NCBI GenBank assembly: GCA_040143965.1
Contig: JASJQH010006890.1
Coordinates: 1 to 52,309, forward strand
Direction of reading: 5' to 3'
DNA: 52,309 nucleotides
Source: Basidiobolus ranarum
Taxonomy: Eukaryota
A program made the position numbers and the translations under genes. How positions within the stretch are numbered: the stretch's first letter is position 1; each line of letters starts with the position of its first letter. The notes beneath the pieces were generated by a model. It had not been told where the DNA came from, did no database searches, and saw nothing but the letters and a program-made list of their open reading frames with translations. Positions 1-13,350 of this stretch are shown piece after piece.

Positions 1-59
1 TACTCTTTAATAAATTTCTTTTTATTTCTGCTTGGAACACACGTGAGCTGTATAACGAA

Positions 60-3000
60 TTAAATGAAAACTCCTAAAGGAACGAACGTTTCCTTAGATA
101 GCGCAGTAACGCCTAGATTTTCATTCTTTAAGAAATTGCTTGGGAAAGTAACCAAATGTCCTCGTATGCTACTTAGCATCTCTTTGATTTGTTCGTTGGA
201 TTTTGTTTTGAGTGCACTATGGCCGGTCATGACTAGGCTGGAACTTGGCACAAACCCTGTGTATTCAACCCAGTTGGTGACCGTATCATCCGGAACACAT
301 CTGAATACAAGTCGATAGGTCTCCGTGTTTGTAGTCGCCGTGTTGTTCCAGATTTCATTGAAGAATCTATCTGATAGTGGATCCATTACTAGATTTTCTT
401 GGGGCGCACTTGGATCGTTATTTGGCATTTGGAAGGATGGCTCATTACTTGTGCTAGGCTTTTTGGGATCTTGGAGCTCATTTCGAGATTGAGTATCATC
501 ATAGAGCAGACCAACGTGCTCTTTGAAAATAGCACATCTAAGAGTATGTGCAAATTTGGCTGCTTTGTACTACAGACACATCAGTATAATCCACTCTCAG
601 TATGGTTAGAGGACTTACAAATACCTGCTGGCCATCCATCATTGAAAGAACCTCTTCCTCGTCTTCAATAATCACAGCTATTTCTGAATCTCTGTTACCC
701 ATCATGGAACGGTCGTTTATATTGGCTAAGAGAAGTAATGAGTAAAGGACGTGCCGGACAAGACAATGTCATCAATTACCTGAACCACAAATCACGATGC
801 GGTCATCTACAATCATAAGTTTACTGTGGATGTAAGTCAATTCAGTGACATATTCCCCTTCCCTGTACTCATAATTGGTAACCACGTTCGATGTTTGCAA
901 GTTCCCACTTTGGTCTGCATCAGGTATCTGAGGCTGGACATTGGAAGGAATAACATCATGCACTGTGATCAGGTTAGTTTGACTTGCATCAGGGATCACC
1001 TCGTGTCTGGTCACGTAATTAGAAGTGCTCGTTGCGGAGCCTTGAGCATAACGATTATCACCAAGAAGCAGACGATCGAAGCGCGACGATAGCTCATCGC
1101 CAGAGAGTTCATTCATAGCATTGCCATCTGAATAAGGATTTCTGATCATATCGTAATTACGTAGACCGTAAAAGGAAATGTAATCCGACGGGTTTATATT
1201 TGCCTCAGATAATTTTTCGAAAATGGATGATCCACCACGGCTGATAGTGCGATATTGCCAATCCATGACCAGTCGGATGGTATTTGCATCCGCGGCATTG
1301 ATTTCGCTTTCGAATGCGGGCAAGAGTGGCATGGCAACAATTACTCGGAATTTACTTCTTTCCTGATTGGCACGAATAATTCTCTCCACAAGCGCCTAAG
1401 ATTCGGCGTACTCGATTAATATTATGGTATAGAATGTGGGTTTTTGTATTGGAACTCACCTGAGCAATTTTGTTTTTGATTTCATAGTTGTCGTTGTCCG
1501 ACGTAGAAGAAACTACCAGTCAAATTAGAGTCAAGATCGACCTCTAGGTTGTAGATGAAGAAGAATAACGTACGGAAGGGATACTTACCAAAGAATTGGT
1601 TCTCGATGTAAATGAAATGCTTAGCGTTACGTATGTTCTCCAGGTAAGCAGTATAAATGGAATGCTGATGTAGATGTTTGATTAAAACCTTAGATTATGA
1701 CTCCAACTTTCAAATGAACCAATTTACCTCGGTTTCGATACCGCTGCTCCACTGCCCACTACTTCGTAACACTTGAACTTTGCAATTACCTTTGGGAGTT
1801 TCATAATCAGCATTTTTCTCTTTGAACACGTAACTCAAGAAAGGCATGTCTTTCTTTTGCATTCCTTTTTCATTTTTAATGAAATTCCAACGATCTACAA
1901 AATGACGTTCAACATCCTCCACAGGTGGACCAGTGATACACAGTGCAATATCATGCCATGGCATTCTTGCAACATATTTGCGGTTGATAAGTTCTTGGTA
2001 GTATTGTGACACTATAAATTGCATTTAGTCAATACAATTACACGCAACTTCCTTTCGAATGTCCATGATAGGAAAAGCCTACCGTCAGAAAAATCCTTCA
2101 CTCTAGGGTTTGAATAATCCTGCCCTGGCCAGGTGTTATCAGAGGGATCATAATGATAGTCGGCCAAACGGTGAGAGTGAGTATCAAATCGACTAACATA
2201 GAATGAAATAAAACCAATCAGTAGCAGTACATATTTGCTAATACATCAGCCAGATTAGTACCCATAACATAAGTCCAAACCACCCAAGAAGGCTATCTTA
2301 GTATCAATTAAGCAGATTTTCTTAAGTTCACAGATGGATGTTAGTACAGATCACAAATAGACAAGGTACTTCTTGTGGCACTCTACCTCATGATGCTATA
2401 AACCACCAGCAATATGTGTTCATAGAATACATGAATATGTTATAACTAATTAGACAAGAACTTAATTGAACAGATCATCATAGTAACACTCACAGCCCAA
2501 AACATCGTTCCACCCGCTCCATGATCAGGGTGCCGCTGAACCGTGATATTAGGATGTAGGGCTTGTAGACAGAACTTAGTGTAGTGAGAGTTGATGGTTA
2601 AAGCCATAGATACTTCTTTATACACCATTATGTTAATAATAACACCCTCTTCTGCCTTTTTTTTGAGTAAACGATCCAGACGAAAGTCCTGATTCTCACT
2701 AGGAGGACGACGAAGGTACTAGGTAGTAACGGATCAATAAATAAGACAATTTTATGTGAACTTAAAAACAAGCATAACCACAGCATAGAAATAGACATAT
2801 ATGAACTATAGAGCTTTACGGGGAATTGAACTAACCACTTCAGGGCTTAGCCACCAATCCATAATGTATATGGTTTCTTTTGCTTCCAAAATGGCCTCAG
2901 AAACAGCATAGAAGTAGTCCTTGCCGTCTACAAACCACTTAGCATAGGCTCCATATCTTTCGGGCGCGAAAGAACCATATTTATTTGTATTTTCTGTCAT
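60..3000 (-). CDS. Phospholipase D, two HKD motifs, short form without PX/PH domains; multi-exon
   Basis: Spliced translation: [63 protein letters not shown]1 [54 protein letters not shown]2 [29 protein letters not shown]-terminus ..VPLGVFI*. ATG at 3000, stop 60-62. Confidence 0.95.
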
Positions 3001-3581
3001 GAGGGTGTTTTCAACTATCTGGAGAGATTTTAAACCTTTACGTTGACTTAATGGGTAAAGAAACCGGTTTGAACATACCTGGAATTTCAAAACAATATCC
3101 TATAAAAGCAGTCCTTACGCAACTTATTTAGGAGTATGTTATAAGTAGAAAAAAACGATTGGCTCAAAGCAAATAAAATATTTAGTTCATGAGTGACGTT
3201 AATACATATATATATGCGACGAAAGAAACAGTCATCATTGGCTGCATGCTGTTGATTACCTAGCTTTCTTTCACGTGATCGCTTGACCAAATAATTTATA
3301 TCAACTGAGCCTTATAATCAGTCCCTGAACACATTGTGTGACTAACATACTCGTATTTGATCGGAGAACGCTTGGTTCTTGATGTAAATATCATTTATAC
3401 AAATGGAGTTGAGATGGTGTAATTTAACGTAGGGTAATACATTTATTTGATGCAAGATATCTTCGGTTATGCAAGCTGAGGTAGGAGAAAGGCCAACGAT
3501 TCAGCTATAAAAGTGCTCTCTACTCTGGTATTGTCCTTATTACTTGAAAGCATACGCCCTCCCCCACCTCAAAGAAAAACC

Positions 3582-3707
3582 ATGAAAGTACCGTTTGCAA
3601 TCTTCGCAGCTTCTATACTCCTGGCTCTATTAACGACTTACGTAGAAGCAAAGCCATGCTGTGATAAGTTCACGGAAGCGGAGAACTCAGAGAATAGATT
3701 GGAATAG
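3582..3707 (+). CDS. Putative small secreted peptide (41 aa)
   Basis: MKVPFAIFAASILLALLTTYVEA-KPCCDKFTEAENSENRLE*. Clear n/h/c signal peptide ending V-E-A, ATG context aaccATG, TATAAAA at about 3507. Confidence 0.55.
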   Translation: MKVPFAIFAASILLALLTTYVEAKPCCDKFTEAENSENRLE

Positions 3708-3797
3708 CGTCGCAAAATCAATTTATCAGTTGAAATGTTTTGTTGATAAATGAAGGCTTCATTTTATCAAAAAAAATATATAAATTTGATACCGGGA

Positions 3798-5468
3798 TCA
3801 TATATCAATAACCTTGGTAGTAATAGTCTGTAGAATTGAAAGTTTGAGTAACTAGAAGTTGAAGCTGTTCAGATTAAATTTAAATATTACTTACATCATT
3901 GCAATAAGGGCATAAGCCGAATAAGGTACTAAAGCTTTGTCGAGTGGAAGGAACTGCTCGTAGCCACTAGTTGGATATATCACAAAAATCCATTGAGCTT
4001 CGCTGATTTGAAATACCATCGCAAGTGTCATAAGACGTACCTCGTATAAGCAACGATTATGAAATGGTTGCCCACATTTACTGTTTGAACATAGCTGATC
4101 CGGTATATTCTCATCCAAGCGATATGAATAACATATCCCACATTCCACACTTAATTCATTTTTGGTAGATGCATGGCGAGATGGAAATTTGATCGCAAGG
4201 ATGCGCTCAAGATTTTTTCTTGGGGTTTCCTTGAAATCCCTATATATAAATATATAATGTCACTGTTGGTATTTAGCATGTAACAGTGCCTGGCAATGAA
4301 TACTGACCAACTCCTCAGGTTTTCGTTAATTAGTTTACGGATGGGCGCGACGGCTGATTCAGCACCAAAAATTTGGCATTGCGGTATCGAGTGCGGGTCT
4401 TGAGGATTCAGATCAATTTGTAAAGAACACAAATTCCCTAAGAGTTCAAACACTAAGAAAAATCTCAATTAAACTCAACAACTATTGTCCTTTACCTAAA
4501 GCAATTCTACGCATCATGATATTCCTAGTCGGTTTTTCAGGTTCCAACACCCATGCGTTTTGGTCCAAATCATCCAACATATTCCACACCTCGTTATATT
4601 TTTCCAATACCTCACAATATTGTTCAATAATGGACACCAAATGAAAATCATCCTTGTTGATTTTGAAATTTATCGATTCAGGCAGTTCTACCAAGCATTC
4701 AGGTGGCTCTGTCGGGAAGTTCTCAGAAAACTGAAGTACTAATGAATGCCTTCGGCCGGCGGAATCCCTATCGACATGGATCAGTTGTTTGGTAGCTAAT
4801 AAAAGAGGTGAAGTGGTTGGTTTAGAATGTAAAAAGCAACCTACAATATTACAAGTGCCACTTTCTGGAAATCCGCATCAATTTTCTCTACTTTATCCCA
4901 GCCTATGCTATCAATCTCAGAGAGTATAGTGGTATAATATTCCGTTGAGAGTAGCTTTTCCTGTGGCTCTTGGGTTAATAAGTCTTCCTACTCAAAGTAC
5001 GAAAATTTGTTGAGTGAGTTACCTCTTTAAAAAATACAACGAAATGTCCCCTACTATTAAGTGTTTTAAATCTAGGAAGAATGCATGAATATCGGTGCAC
5101 TGCTCTAATCTCTACAAGTTATATATTGAAGGTTTATAAAGTCAGTAATATTTTCTTTCTATAATAACATAGAATATTAATGATAGTCTTACGTTTAGTA
5201 TAGCTTCTTCTTGATCATGCAACAATCTTTTTAATTCTGGATCACCAAATAATCTAGCTTCCTTCAAGTTATGTGCTTCTTGTAGATGGATTTCAAAAGA
5301 AAATTCTTTATTCTATTTCAGGAGGGTTACTAATACAAAATCTATCAACAAATCTCGGACTTGTGTAAAGTAATCTACCTGTACTGTAATGAAGCCCTGG
5401 TATTGCGTACCATTCGTATTTGTGGGAATTATCAAAGGAAACGTTGCGACTCTATTCAAGCTTGACAT
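3798..5468 (-). CDS. FANCL: E3 ubiquitin ligase FANCL (ELF/DRWD domains + RING); multi-exon
   Basis: First exon MSSLNRVATFPLIIPTNTNGTQYQGFITVQ; WNMLDDLDQNAWVLEPEKPTRNIMMRRIALG; RING ECGICYSYRLDENIPDQLCSNSKCGQPFHNRCLYE/WLRAVPSTRQSFSTLFGLCPYC. Last exon (TITTKVIDI*) inferred. Confidence 0.92.
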
Positions 5469-5841
5469 CGAAATTTCGAATGCTATCGTAGCTTATTTGT
5501 GTTTAAGACAATAACCAGTGAAAGGATGTTTAATTGGTTAACTTCCAAATCAACTTACGTGTCATATAATATGCATTTATATACTCGAGAGTACAATATA
5601 CTCAAAACAGATCACATTAAGCAACCTTTGGATCTATATCGACTACCAGTTTAAATGTAAGCGACCATCTCAGTTTCAACAATTCGCCCATTACCGACGA
5701 AAACTTAATAGACTACAAGTTTTGGAAATAGGGAAATTGTGACTGAATGATTCTTGTCCTGTTTTAGTAAGAGGGTAACTAATATGATTCTAGTAGTATA
5801 TATTTCCGTGAACAGCGTGTTCTTTCCAACAATCCGCAAGC

Positions 5842-7216
5842 ATGCAAGTACACTGGTTTAAAGGCTCTTATAAGCAAGCATTACTCGAAGCAGACCAAAA
5901 AAATATACCGCTCCTCACATTTATATATGGTAATCGAGCAAGACAATTGCACCTTCCCCAACGACTAATAATGACTTATTTTCAGACAAAAGTAATGATA
6001 GCGGAATCATGAGCCAGCGACTTGACTCTGAATTGGTATGCTAGTTTGTCAGTGTGACTCCTTGTAACCTGAAATTACTGAGCCTTGTCGTAGGTCTATA
6101 CCGCTATCGAAGAGAAGTTAATACCTGTCAAAGTTCCCGCTACTAGCGAAGAAGCTTTGTGGCTAGGTCAACTATGTGAGTAGATATTGGTGACTGTTTA
6201 GTTTTAAACGTTACTAATTTTTATTCTAGCCCCAACAAATCAGCTCCCTTGTGTTTTTATCGTTAGGTAATTTTGAAGACCTCAAATCAAGCTGCATCAT
6301 TTTTGCTAATACACTCATAAGCTCGGGTCGCGTAGTGTACAGTATGGTTGGAACGATGCCTGAAACAGTTATACGTAGCCGGATCAAAAGTATAACGGAT
6401 ATGCATAGCATCATGGATGGCCCTCCTTTACCTGAGACGAACACGTTTCCCTCAATCATTCCTCGCACTCTTTCATCTGAATGTGATGCTTCAGTTGCCA
6501 AGTCTACCCCTAACAAAAAGAAAATAAGATTTCATATCCCCGACAAAAATAAGGTATGTTTTCTAATACGAGACGGCCTTTCTTTGGCTCTTAGTATTAC
6601 TTACTAACTAGTGCTCCCAAAGAGTGAAAATCACGGATCACATAAATCAATCGTAAAAATGGCAACACAACCAGGAGAAGATAAGGATAATATGTGCCCC
6701 CATCCAATGCAGACTGAGTATGCAAAGTTAAAGCCACTTCATTGATAAAGATTCAAATATGCTTAGTTAATTTAGCTCTTTAGACAAGTGTGAGCTTACG
6801 GTTAGACTATTGGACGGTTCTCTGTTGAACTTGCAATTAAGCCCAAACGAAACCCTGGCCCAAATCATCGGATCTATCAAGAAAGTAATGTTGGAGTCTT
6901 AGTAACTAGTGTGTGTGACCTAATAATAATACTGTGTAGAACCGAACCGATAGTTGCACTTCGTTTACTCTCGTTCAAAGGTTTCCGTATCGCCTATTCA
7001 CTCGAAAGGACTTGTCAAAAAGCATGCGTGACTTAAATCTATGTCCAATTGCAACTGTAGACATGGAGGTAATATAATGGAGTGATATTTGAATGATCAA
7101 AAGTAACCTGTTCTGTTTATTTATGATAGCCTCCCATAGAAAGTCATCAGAGTGTTGGTAAAAATATCCTAATGAGAGTTGGCTCCTTACTGTCGATAGG
7201 TTCTCGTAAAACTTAG
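5842..7216 (+). CDS. UBX-domain Cdc48/p97 cofactor, UBXN4/Ubx7-like (N-terminal thioredoxin-like fold + UBX); about 9 exons
   Basis: Manual splicing: MQVHWFKGSYKQALLEADQKNIPLLTFIY/DKSNDSGIMSQRLDSEL/VYTAIEEKLIPVKVPATSEEALWLGQL/SPTNQLPCVFIV/SSGRVVYSMVGTMPETVIRSRIKSITDMH, then UBX KCELTVRLLDGSLLNLQLSPNETLAQII..FTLVQRFPYRLFTRKDLSKSMRDLNLCPIATV. 3' end uncertain. Confidence 0.82.
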
Positions 7217-7788
7217 ACCTTACGTGTGTATATGGTTTGATATACCCAGTTTAATACATTCCATGTGTAGTGGCAACATTGTTCCACTGTTCCTAAAAAT
7301 ATGCAAGTGTCGATTATATGTGTACAACTATGTCAATCACGAGTCACGAGTTGTTGGTGGATTCACGAGAATAGTGCTTCTGCTTGAGTTGATTTTTAAC
7401 GATTTTTTATTGATTGCCATTTTCAGATGGAGCGAGTGATCTAGGTCGTCCAGGGCGATCAAATCAGCATAGAATGGTACATAAACCAGTCCCTGCGCAT
7501 AACTTTTCAAATTCCATATGATTACAAGTATTTTGGTTCCATCCCCTTTCCATTTCTGCTGCTTATCCTGTATTGCCTTTGGTGTTTACTTCAACAGAAC
7601 TTTTAAAAACATTCCAAGTGTTGACAACCTAACAACCGATCAATCGTATCTACTCATCAAAATATCACTTGATTATTCTTAGTGTTTGCTCTCGTACTCA
7701 GAGTGAAATTCTTCATACTTATTCTTCACATTCTACCAGACCAGCACAATTCTTGTATACTTTTTTAGTCCAGAAAGGTATTTCTAAA

Positions 7789-9368
7789 ATGGCTTTGATG
7801 TTACGCCACAATAGAAACTTTCGAAAGACTCCCATCTCCTTACGCCTTCACCAACGTGCGTACACCCGAAGTGTTGGTAGCCGTTTGGTACCATCACTTT
7901 CCAGTCAGCAACATCCGCATGGCAAATTCTCTACATATGCAACAACTCCGGGTCGAGTGCCAAACCATATAAGTGAGAATATTCTCGAAAATACCGACCA
8001 AAAAGTGCCCTCTCTAGGAGTCAGTTGGTTAGACGGACTTGAGTGGAACTATCAGTACCATTTTAAGCAACCTGACAGCCCAACGAAAGAGCCCAAAGTT
8101 GTGGAAGAAAGGGAGGAAGGTCTATTACCTACTTCGGTGATTAACAAAGAACTCCGGAAAAATGAGAAAACCAATGTCACCCATAAAAGTAAAATACCTA
8201 GATTTGATACAAACCAGCTGGCTTCAAATTCGCCAATTGAAGATCATCACACTGAGCTGTCAAATGACGCTCACGATGCTTGGTACTTTGGTGTGTTTGA
8301 TGGACATGCAGGTAAATATTGCTCCCAAAAATTGGCTAATAAGCTGGTCCATCAAGTACGTCACAACATAGAGAAATTAGAAGCAAACGAGGATCAGGAT
8401 GTTGTTGATTTGATAAGTCAGAGCATGATAAAAACCTTCGAAAACCTTGACCGAGAGATTGTTTGGGGCTCTCTGGGTGAAATCATAATCAATACAGAAA
8501 AGGCCATCCATGCTAGTTTACCTGCTGCTGTCTCTGGAAGCTGTGCTATTGTTGGGTATGTAGACACCAAAACCATGAACATCTTCGTCGCAAATACTGG
8601 TGATTCGCGTGCAGTAATCGGCTCCTTAGGTAGTGATCACAAATGGAATGCGTCGGAAATGAGCGTTGACCAAAACGCTTCTAATAGAAAGGAGAGAGAG
8701 AAATTGTACTCTGAGCATCCGGGTGAAGAAGCAACTGTCGTATCAAAAGAGCGAGTTCTCGGCTCACTAGGTATTCTTTCTATTCAAGTATTATACCACT
8801 TCAAATATTAATTCGTAACTTGTTCCATTGTTAGCCCCGACACGCGCATTTGGTAAGGTTCCTTTGATCAATTTGTACATGAGAGTGATATTAAGCTTTA
8901 CAAACAGGTGATTCGCGTTACAAATGGAGTGCCCGTACTCAATTAGCAGTAAAAGAAAACTTTTTTCCACGCATGCGTTCACCACCTGCTCATTACCACA
9001 CACCACCGTATGTCACGGCAACACCCGAAGTGAGGCACCGTCAACTCACTGGACAAGATAAATTTATGGTGATTGCCAGTGACGGTTTATTTGATTTGCT
9101 GAGCAACGAAGAGATCGTATTTCTGGTCGGGACATACATAGAACAAAAACAAACCAATAACTACTCCACCACAGACCCACATCCTCCAAAAGGGAAAAGT
9201 AGGTGGGCATATGTTGACGACAATGCGGCTACCCATTTAATCCGCAACGCGCTTGGTGGCAATTCCAAGAAAGAATTGAGTAAAATGCTGACCATCCAAG
9301 CGCCACATTCTAGAAATTTAAGAGACGACATAACCGTGACAGTGATCTTTTTCGAGGATTCTGTATAA
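7789..9368 (+). CDS. PTC5: Mitochondrial PP2C, pyruvate dehydrogenase phosphatase-like; exons 7789-8770, 8835-8852, 8908-9368
   Basis: Arg-rich presequence; NQLASNSPIEDH, FGVFDGHAG, SGSCA, VANTGDSRAVIG, RVLGSLAPTRAFGDSRYKW, TPPYVTATPEV, FMVIASDGLFD, NAATHLIRNALGG, RDDITVTVIFF. Confidence 0.93.
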
Positions 9369-9756
9369 GGATTGTAACCACATTAACTCATCCTCCCCCA
9401 CCCCATTGTAATTATCATCATCGACCTTCTAAAGTATACTTCCTGTGACAGTGGTTGGCATATTTAGATACCAGTTATTAAAACACAATCATAGTATGAA
9501 AATGGAACCAGTTCAATAAGTGACATAATTATTTTACTTGTAGGCCTTTGATAAACACAGATAACATACGTCGTTAATGATTGTGTGAGCATGAATTACC
9601 AAAGAGATGCAAACGATGGTTGGGTGATGAGTGACTTGAAATGCGAGATCGAATGTGTAGATGTTTTTATAATAGCAGTGTATAATATCCGTGTGGTGTT
9701 TGGATTGGGTTCTCAACGATAAGATTACTCCATCGCAAGGGTAGAATGCCGAAGGT

Positions 9757-10539
9757 TTACATGAACAATCGTCCACGTAGTAGCTGCTTTTCCCGAATCA
9801 TGTCCAATACATAAGACATACCTTTACGACTCTAGATGAATTAAGTATGTCAGATAGATATATGGGTTAGAATTATTGCCTTCAAAATGCTACCTTCATT
9901 GTATTATCTGCAAACTTTTTCACTCCAAATCCTTCTAGTTTACCGGTAAGACCCCAGCCAAGTTTAGAGATGATTCGTGCTTCAGTAGTGACCTTTGTCC
10001 TAATGCAATGGATAGCGTTAAAATGAGGTAAAGATGAAAGTGAACCGAATAGGCTTACCAATGCTTCTGTTCCGGGTGAGGTTTGAATGTTTGAGTCTCT
10101 TCGATTTGCATAATACGTGTATGGTTGAGATTTTTCGTGCAGGTGATCATTGTATTATTGTGGGGGTTAATAACAGATTCTTCGATAATAAAAGCCTCGT
10201 TATTCTTTATGATCTATGTTAATAAAACATGTTAGTTAAAGTCTTGGAATTAAGTAACAAAAATTTAATTACCTTTGAACCCCATTTGGGAAGAACACCT
10301 TTCTTTAAGAGTATACGAGTTGTGTGAAGACAACCTTCGGAATCTACATGTCTGTCTAGGACATCGGCTCCCAGGACGTGGGAAGCAAAAGGATTGGGAT
10401 AACGAAGCCAGAACGCTAGGGAAACATTCTCCCAAGGGTGTCTTCATACAAATAAATGAAAATTAATAAATAGTTAAGGTTAAGAGAAAATGCCACCAAC
10501 TTACTCGTATGAAAAAGTATTTTGATAAATTTTAACCAT
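9757..10539 (-). CDS. UPS1: PRELI/MSF1 family mitochondrial lipid-transfer protein, Ups1/PRELID1-like; 5 exons
   Basis: Manual splicing: MVKIYQNTFSYEHPWENVSLAFWLRYPNPFASHVLGADVLDRHVDSEGCLHTTRILLKKGVLPKW..AFIIEESVINP..TKNLNHTRIMQIEETQTF..WGLTGKLEGFGVKKFADNTMKSRKGMSYVLDMIREK. Confidence 0.9.
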
Positions 10540-11761
10540 AAGTGAAAGAAACTGGAGTTCTACCAACAAGTGTAACGGAATTCAAGGAAGTAGCGTAGAA
10601 GATGTTTCCCTACCAGTGAGAAATGAAACAAGTGGGCGCAGTACAAAGAAACAAGTGAAAGAAGAGATTATTGAAGCACAAAAGATAAAAGAAATCTAGA
10701 TTGAGATGTTAATTTTGGTCATGGGAAAACTCTTCTTAAACCGACCGAAGTCTATGGGGAATGAGAAGCTAGCGAATGAACGAATTCTAACACAAATTTC
10801 GAGATTAAACTTGAAATAAAAAAAGCGAATCATCAAACCAATGTGCTTAAAACACATTTCAAAGTTGATTTGTTAACTCGCCCTCGCCCTCAACCACACC
10901 CTTACTCTCACCCCAATTCACCCCATCTCTCTCACACCAATAACATTACTAACGTGTTTGCAAGAAATGCCAAACCAATGAGGATAACAAAAACGATATT
11001 GAACAAATTGAATCACAAAAACCTAGTGATATCAAACTAATGGAAACGTAGACGTAGAGAAGATCGAAATAGGCTAATATGTATAGTATAAATACTCCGA
11101 AATATATCTTAATCACAGAGACTCACAAACATTGAGATAATTATTTACAAACAACTCATTAACACAAATATGGAGATGACATAAAGACCCGCTCCTCGGA
11201 TATTATCCTAATTCGGAAGATACCATGCGATAGAAAAGATAACAATAAGAAATAGATAAAGTATTCGATACTTTAGACTATTATGCTTGTGCCACCATTA
11301 AAGTGAAAGAATAATATGTATATATTACATAGTTGTTATTTATTTGTTCATTTCTGTATTTTGCACTTAATCCCTTAACTATTGTCCAATCAGAGGCTGT
11401 TGTTTATTTCCTAGAGCCTTGCACAATACAGTAACCCCTTCACATATGCCCTCTTTCTAAGAATATTCAACCCCCGCTGCCCTCTTGCTTTTTTTCACAC
11501 CTAAATCCTTGCGTGCTCTTCGTCGTACTTGAATTGTTCATCTTTTATCACTTCCTCTCAAAGACGCGCACTTCATATCTGTACTTTTTAGTCTTTGCTC
11601 TAATATCTTATTACTATCCTCTCTATATTAAAATCTCTGTACTTTCTTGTATTTCACCCTCGTTTCTTGTTCAACTTCTATCTACTCCAACCAAATTCTC
11701 TTTGTGTTTGCATCAAACCTCTACTACAACTACATCATTTATTTAGTTTAGAAATTTAATT

Positions 11762-12669
11762 ATGTCAGAAATTCGTCGTAAACTTGTCATTGTTGGTGAT
11801 GGTGCTTGTGGTAAAACTTCATTGCTGATTGTCTTCTCAAAGGGCACTTTTCCTGAGGTAATAGCTCTTTGTATTTTGGACTTAGTGTATGAACAAAGAG
11901 TTTATTGATTATTTTCAATAATATCTCTTAAATCTTTAGTCATCCTAATGTATTATACCCTACTTATTTCAAAGAAACTTACCTGATTTTTAATTATAAA
12001 GGTGTACGTTCCAACCGTTTTCGAAAACTATGTCGCTGACGTAGAGGTAGATGGTAAACACGTAGAATTGGCTCTATGGGATACAGCTGGTGAGTTAGTT
12101 ATTATTGAATCAATTGAGATTTATATGAGGCTAAAGTTTCGTTTACTCTCAATTATAGGCCAAGAAGATTATGATCGTCTGCGTCCTCTTTCTTATCCTG
12201 ACTCACATGTTATCTTGATCTGCTTCTCCGTAGACTCTCCTGATTCTTTGGATAACGTCCAAGAAAAGGTACGGATATATTTTTTTTCAACAATTTAGAA
12301 TTAAGTATTAATGATAATCTTAGTGGATTTCGGAAGTTCTTCATTTCTGTGCTGGATTGCCCATCATTCTCGTTGGCTGTAAGAAAGATTTACGTAACGA
12401 CCCTAGAACTATTGAAACACTTAGAAAGAACAACCAATCTCCAGTCTCTTCACAAGATGTATGGTTTAATAGTACTTATAGAAGTTATAGTACCCGACTC
12501 TAATACAGTTTATTGATAGGGTATGAATGTTGCTCAAAAGATAGGTGCCTACAAGTATCTTGAATGCTCTGCCAAGGGTGGTGAAGGGGTTAGAGAAGTA
12601 TTTGAGCATGCTACTCGTGCCGCTCTACTTACCAAAACCAAGAAGAAGAAGGGCTGTCTAGTTTTGTAA
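11762..12669 (+). CDS. RHO1: Rho1/RhoA GTPase; 5 exons
   Basis: [102 protein letters not shown] (polybasic region + CAAX). Confidence 0.96.
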
Positions 12670-13350
12670 CCGGTGACATACTTTTGTTGACAATTTATCA
12701 TTGAACCACTTCAGGTTCCTTTCGAAATTACAGGCTATATATAAGCACTCTAATTAGAGAGTGTTACGAACCTTTGTTATTTTAGTACAATTCCAATCTA
12801 CTTACTCCTTTAAACACTTGCAAATTTTACTACTTCGTTTCCTTCCCCTCCCCCATATAATTTTCTGAGATATCATGAGTATATAAAAGTAGTGTGCTTA
12901 AACGCTAGGTCTTACGCATGATCTTTGTTCTCTCTTACCCAAATAGAATAGCTTGTTTATGACATGCCATATATGTATTTCATGATGATGATTTCTATTT
13001 CAAATTTATAAACCACTCATTAATCAATGTGTAAAGAATGTATGTCTCTCGCTAACATTAATGTATGCTAATACTCTACAAAATTAAAAACAACAAGCCT
13101 GAATGGTGTACGGTGATAAGTAATATTCAAGAACACTGTCAGGTGTCTAAAGGAGTAGGTTAATATAGGGTCATCATTAATCTTCAAAACATCTCAATTT
13201 CTATGGAATTCATATTTAATGATCCAAATCCACTCCTGACTCTCTCTTCAGCGAATAGTAAGATCGAGAGGATGATCTGATCTAGTCAGAGTATAATATA
13301 TATACAATAGGTGTTGTTTTGTTTGAATATCTCTACTTATTTCATTTTTA

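Noticed and set aside
11513-11746. Hydrophobic 77-aa ORF upstream of RHO1
   Set aside because: GTG start in a pyrimidine-rich promoter/5' UTR; likely a compositional artefact.
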